DNA of 64,000 nt. Origin: the human T2T-CHM13v2.0 reference genome, Homo sapiens. The stretch is taken from the NCBI RefSeq assembly GCF_009914755.1, contig NC_060934.1, one strand, 5' to 3'. Below the pieces are notes generated by a model. That model ran no database searches. It was not told the DNA's origin and was given only the letters and a program-made list of their open reading frames with translations. The translations under genes were made by a program, and so were the position numbers. Every line of letters starts with the position of its first letter. Within the stretch, counting starts at the first letter, position 1. Positions 58,728-64,000 of the stretch are shown here, one piece after another.

Positions 58728-60955
58728 GCTCAAATAGAACAAAAAGTTATAAAGTGAAAAGTCAAAGTCCACCTCCAACTTTCTACTCCCATGCAGGGGG
58801 AAACCATGGTTAAGAGTTTCTTGTGTATCTTCCAGAAATTGTCTATTACATGTTCAAGCATGCAAATGTTATTCATTTTACATGGCTGAGGTCATACTGT
58901 ATGAACAATTTGGTCTTTTCTTCACTTTACATGAATATATGAGCACTTTCTATGCCATTAAAAATTATTGGTTGAACTATTTTTATAGGCCAAATAACAT
59001 TTTATCTTATTGATATGCCATAGTTTATTTAACCTTTTCCCTCTTGCTGGACATTTACTCAGGAGAGGAGCAGGAAGAAGGAATTGAGTCAAGATGAAGT
59101 GTTGGAGGAGGAAGGGGGCTAGCCTGTACTGAGGGCCTACTGTGTGCCAACCACTTTTCACATCTTCCCAATTGCTTGGTTTTAGAGTTAGGCACTGTCC
59201 CCATTCTTCAGATGAGAAAGCTGAGGTTCAGAGAGGTTAAGGAGGAATTTGCTCATATGTAAGAGAGCCAGGGTTTGAAGCAAGATTTATCAACTCCAAA
59301 GCCCATGGCTGTTCTATTTTGCCAAGATGCTTCGGAAAAGTCCCAGGGTTCATGGTTGCACACTGCTTGGCATGGGGATGGGGAGAGCCCTTCCGGCATT
59401 CCTTCTCTCATTCACTCTAATAACATTTATATGCCTGGCATCAAGAATTTGGGTGAAAAAGCTGCAGTCCTTGTCCTCTAGAAGTTCACAGTCACATGGG
59501 GGTGGACATGAAAACAAGCTCTCACCACCTAGAGGAACATGCAAGGTACAAGGGGGTCCAACCAGAGTTTCCACTCCCAGACTCCAAAGGTCGAGAGGCT
59601 TCCTGGGGGAGGAGACCCTAGGCTGAGTCAGTCCTCTGGCACCGGTCAGGAAGTGCCAGGGAGGCCTGAAACGCCTCTGCGTCCTCTCCTCCCCAGATCC
59701 AGTCTATGCTCCAGTCACTGGAGCCTGGGTTGGTTCCTCCCTGACCCAGGTTTCGCCTCAGCTTCCTGCCTTTCACAAGATGGTTTTCCAGGCTCCCACG
59801 ACAGTAGGGTGGGCAGTGGGCCGCCAATTTCTGAGAAAATCTTCAAGAACATGTTTCTGGTTTGTTTTCCAGAAGTTCAGGAAATGTTTATCATACTTTT
59901 GGGGAAGAGTGGGCAGCACGGGAGGTTTGGGTCAATGCTTCGGGCTCTGGATGGACAGATCGGGATTGGGGTCCTGCTCCTGCCATTTGCTCTGGGACTG
60001 CTGGAAAGTCACCGAGAGTTGTCAGGACCCTGGGTAACAAGCCATAGAAAATGGACCCTGACTATCTTAAACAAAGAAGGGAATCCACTGCAATAGAATT
60101 GGCAGAGGTTCAGGAGGGAACAGTCTTGAGAAAGGGGCAGAAACTTAAGCAGCTCTCCAGGCCTGGAGCAGCAGGAGGCAGAAAACCATCATTTGAGCTG
60201 GAAGAGTCTAGTCATGACGCTGCTGCCACTGCAGCCAGATATCACAGCAAATGGAGTGCTAACCCCCCAGCACGCAGTGGGTCCAGGAGCCAGGCCTCAG
60301 GCAGGTGCATCTGATGGACTGAGCCTTGGTCATGCACTCATACCCATTGCCAGGAAACAGGACGGGGAGGATTTGCCTTTGGGCTTCAGTGGTATGAGGC
60401 AGGTGCTCCTCCCTCCAAGTCAATACCCAAGGGGAGTTCTGCCCCCTGGATGAGGGGCTTTAGAACCTGTACAGCCAAAAACTCAATGCCTACGACATGG
60501 CCTAATCTCTCAGAGCCTTTATAAAACACAGACAATAATCATATCCATTTCACAGGATTACTACGAGGGTTTTTTTAAAAAGCAAATAAAGTGCTTAGCA
60601 TGGTGTCAAACACCCCATAAATTCTCAGTAAATGTTAATTTACTACTACTACTATTAATATTGTTATTACTAGTGTTATTCACTTTCTCTCTTTTCAAAT
60701 AAAATCCAGATAGTTTTCACTGTAAAAGTAATAGATGTCATACATAGAAAAGTTGAAAAATGCAGAAAAGTTGAAAGAAGAAAAGAAATCACCTAACACC
60801 CACAGAAAACCACTGTCAGCATTTTGGTATTTCCTGCCAATCTATTTTCTATGTACTGGTGTTGGTTGTTTTGTTCTTTCTTCCTTTTTTCCTTTCAAAC
60901 AGCTGTGATCATTCTGTATGTGTACAGTTGTGTACCCTACCTTGTGGTATATGCA

Positions 60956-61234
<279 letters not shown>

Positions 61235-61879
61235 TAATTATTCTTAACGGCTGCGAAATATCCTGTGGAATGGATAGTGTTGTTTCCACTGTTTGGCGGG
61301 TGTGTGTTGGGCGGCGGGGTTCATATGCATTTATAAATTATGAGCGTTTTTTTCAAAAACGTTTTCTGATTCTGGAATGCTTCTTTGAATACTGATGAAT
61401 GCTTAACTGACATCAGTTAAGCACTTTGTTCTGAAGGGCCCTTAGGAAGCCATTAGCCATTTCCTAAAATGCTCACAATTCCGATGCAGGTGGGGGGTGG
61501 GGCATGGCCCACATGGATGCCTATCACCTCATTGTGTTTTGAGGGGGGCATTCTCACTGCTGCTGTGAACGTGAGAGTCCCATAGTCCCGTGACGCCTTG
61601 ACACCACTCGTCTGCCCACAGCTTTCTCACGTTCCCAATTTGCTCAACCACTGATTAGGCTGGGGTGGTTTATCCTGCCTGTGAAATTACCTGCCATTAG
61701 TGTAGTGGAAAGTGCCCCAGCTCTGCCTCTTGCCAGCTTAGGACTTGAGGCAATTTTCTTACATTTCTCAACCTCTTCTGTAAAGTGAAGAGTCATGTCT
61801 ATCTTCCAGGATTAAAGAGAGAGGGATACATGAGCCTAGATAGTGAGCTTTTCTTCTTTCTTCCTCGACGGTTCTATAG

Positions 61880-62500
61880 TCTCGTCCTCTCCCTTACTCC
61901 CACCCCCCCAGCCCCGCCCCACCCCCGACCAGCCTCCCTGCCTCTTCAGGTCCCAGGCTGGGTTCCAGGAAGTGGCTCGCGCCTGACGCTGGCTCCCAGC
62001 GGCTGGGGTATCAGGTGACCCGGCTCCCCACCGAGGTGACTAAAATCCCAGTGATGCTGATTATTTGGATTTCCTGGGCAGGGCCGGGCACCCGCCGCTG
62101 GTGGGGCTTTGGATGCAACAATAATTAGTATTTTGACGATGCGATTCCGATCGCCCCACCAAGTAGGAGGTCCCACCCTGAGTAGGGAGCCCCGTGGGAA
62201 CTGACCCGGCCACATTCCCAACTGCAGCGATTGTGAAATGGGCGCCCGGGCCCAGCCAGGGCGGGCTCCGAGGGAGGAGCGGGGCGGGGCGCGCAGAGGA
62301 TGCTCCAGGAGGGCGGAGCGCTCACCCTTGCTCCGGGATCTCCTGGCTCAGGACAACCAACGTGGTCCTGAATCCACCCTGGACCTGCCCAGGATCTCAG
62401 GCTGGGCGGCCTGGCTCTGCTCTGGCTACGGATGCGGGAGTGAAGTGACCAGGGCAGAAAGGACATCTGAGGGGGTCACAGGGAAATGAAATCGTCCTTT
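61880..62500. promoter_or_regulatory. Orphan CpG-rich element (enhancer/promoter candidate)
   Basis: Local CpG retention outside Alus; GC boxes 61912 and 62281; GAS/ETS TTCCAGGAAGTG 61963; IRF-like GAAATGAAA about 62483. Confidence 0.6.
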
Positions 62501-62656
62501 CCCCTTCCACTCACCCCTCCCGGCCCTTCCAAAGCACCATTAGAAATTGAAAGGTGCAAGGCCAGGAAAGACGCAGGGGCCAGTGCAGAGTCTCCTTTCA
62601 TGGAGGTCCAAGGAGAAGTGAATTGCTCTACCCCAAGTTTCTATAAGAAATAACCA

Positions 62657-62995
62657 GGCTGGGCAAGGTGGCTCACACCTGTAATCTCAGCACTTTGGCA
62701 GGACCAGGCAGGAGGATTGCTTGATCCCAGGAGTTCGAGACCAGCCTGAGCAACATATGAGACCCTGTCTCTATTAAAACAAACAAACAAACAAAAAAAG
62801 AAACAAACTTTAAAAATTAGCCGGGTGTGGCAGTGCAAGCCTGTAGTCCCTGCTACTGGAGAGGCTGGGTTGGGAGGATTGCTTTAGCCTTAGGAGGTCA
62901 AGGCTGCAGTGAGCCGTGATTGCACTCCTGCAATCCAGCCTGGGCGACAGAGCAAGACCCTGTCTCAATTTTAAAAAAAGAAAAAGAAGGAAAGA
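62657..62995 (+). mobile_element. AluJ-like
   Basis: TSD AAGAAATA(A/G)CCA. Confidence 0.85.
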
Positions 62996-63122
62996 AATAG
63001 CCAAACAAAGAGAACAGCTGGAGCTTTAGAAAGCACTGTCCCTAACACTGTGTGATTTCAATGACTCCAAAAGACTCTCTGACCCCCAGGTTCTCCTGTG
63101 ACTCACCTGAAATTCCTCCACA

Positions 63123-63559
<437 letters not shown>

Positions 63560-63859
63560 CTATGGCCTCTCAAGTACAGCTGTATTCTGTTTTTAAGGCA
63601 CTTGTACTGCAATCTCCAGTGGCCTTTGAAACAATGCTGTGAGCTGGGGGTACTGTTAGCTGTCTTTCCCATTCAACAGAGCAGGAAATGAAGGCTCAGA
63701 GAGGTTAAGTAACTTGCCCAAGGACACACAGTAAGTGCCCACGTACAGTTGAAATCATGGCACTCAGCTGCTTCCCACAGCCCAGCATTAACAGTGTGGT
63801 GTTCGTATTTTGGTCAACTAGTTTTTTTAAAGTATGAAACAAGTCTTTGGCTAAAGTTC

Positions 63860-63999
63860 TTATTTTTTCTTTCTTTTAGAAAATATTTTGTAGAGACTAT
63901 GTTGCCCAGGCTGTTCTCGAACTCCTGGTCTCAAGCAATCCTCCCAGTTCAGCCTCCCAAAATGCTGGGATTAACAGGCATGAGCAACCATGCCTGGCC
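63860..63999 (-). mobile_element. Alu monomer fragment
   Basis: Left-arm Alu sequence. Confidence 0.75.
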
Positions 64000-64000
64000 C

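Noticed and set aside
59539-60096. 185-aa ORF in unique DNA
   Set aside because: No recognisable domain, splice structure or promoter; length compatible with chance

Overview
Primate (almost certainly human, chr10q25) genomic DNA containing one complete protein-coding gene, DUSP5 (nuclear ERK1/2-specific dual-specificity MAP kinase phosphatase). It lies on the + strand in 4 exons: CDS 29930-30308, 34527-34675, 38741-38960 and 41826-42232, giving 1155 nt and 384 aa, with GT-AG introns and consistent phases. Its CpG-island promoter has two abutting CArG boxes, an Ets core and an EGR site, and there is a p53 element about 1.1 kb upstream. The flanks are dense with repeats: about 40 Alus, an internally deleted L1PA, old L1M/L2/MIR fragments, MLT1, MER30/MER20/MER5A/MER45A/MER1B/MER104 and TA-microsatellites. 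A second, orphan CpG-rich element sits at about 62 kb. I see no new gene system; almost all other ORFs derive from Alu, L1 or GC-rich sequence. The best leads are (1) a 15-nt tandem repeat in the DUSP5 5'UTR that places Kozak-context CUG/GUG codons in frame with the CDS, (2) an exact 30-bp copy of 3'UTR sequence in intron 3 flanked by a 10-bp direct repeat, (3) several dense candidate enhancers (p53, NF-kB, STAT/IRF, AP-1), and (4) local rearrangement scars in transposons. Repeat coordinates are approximate, and subfamily calls come from remembered consensus sequences, not from searches.
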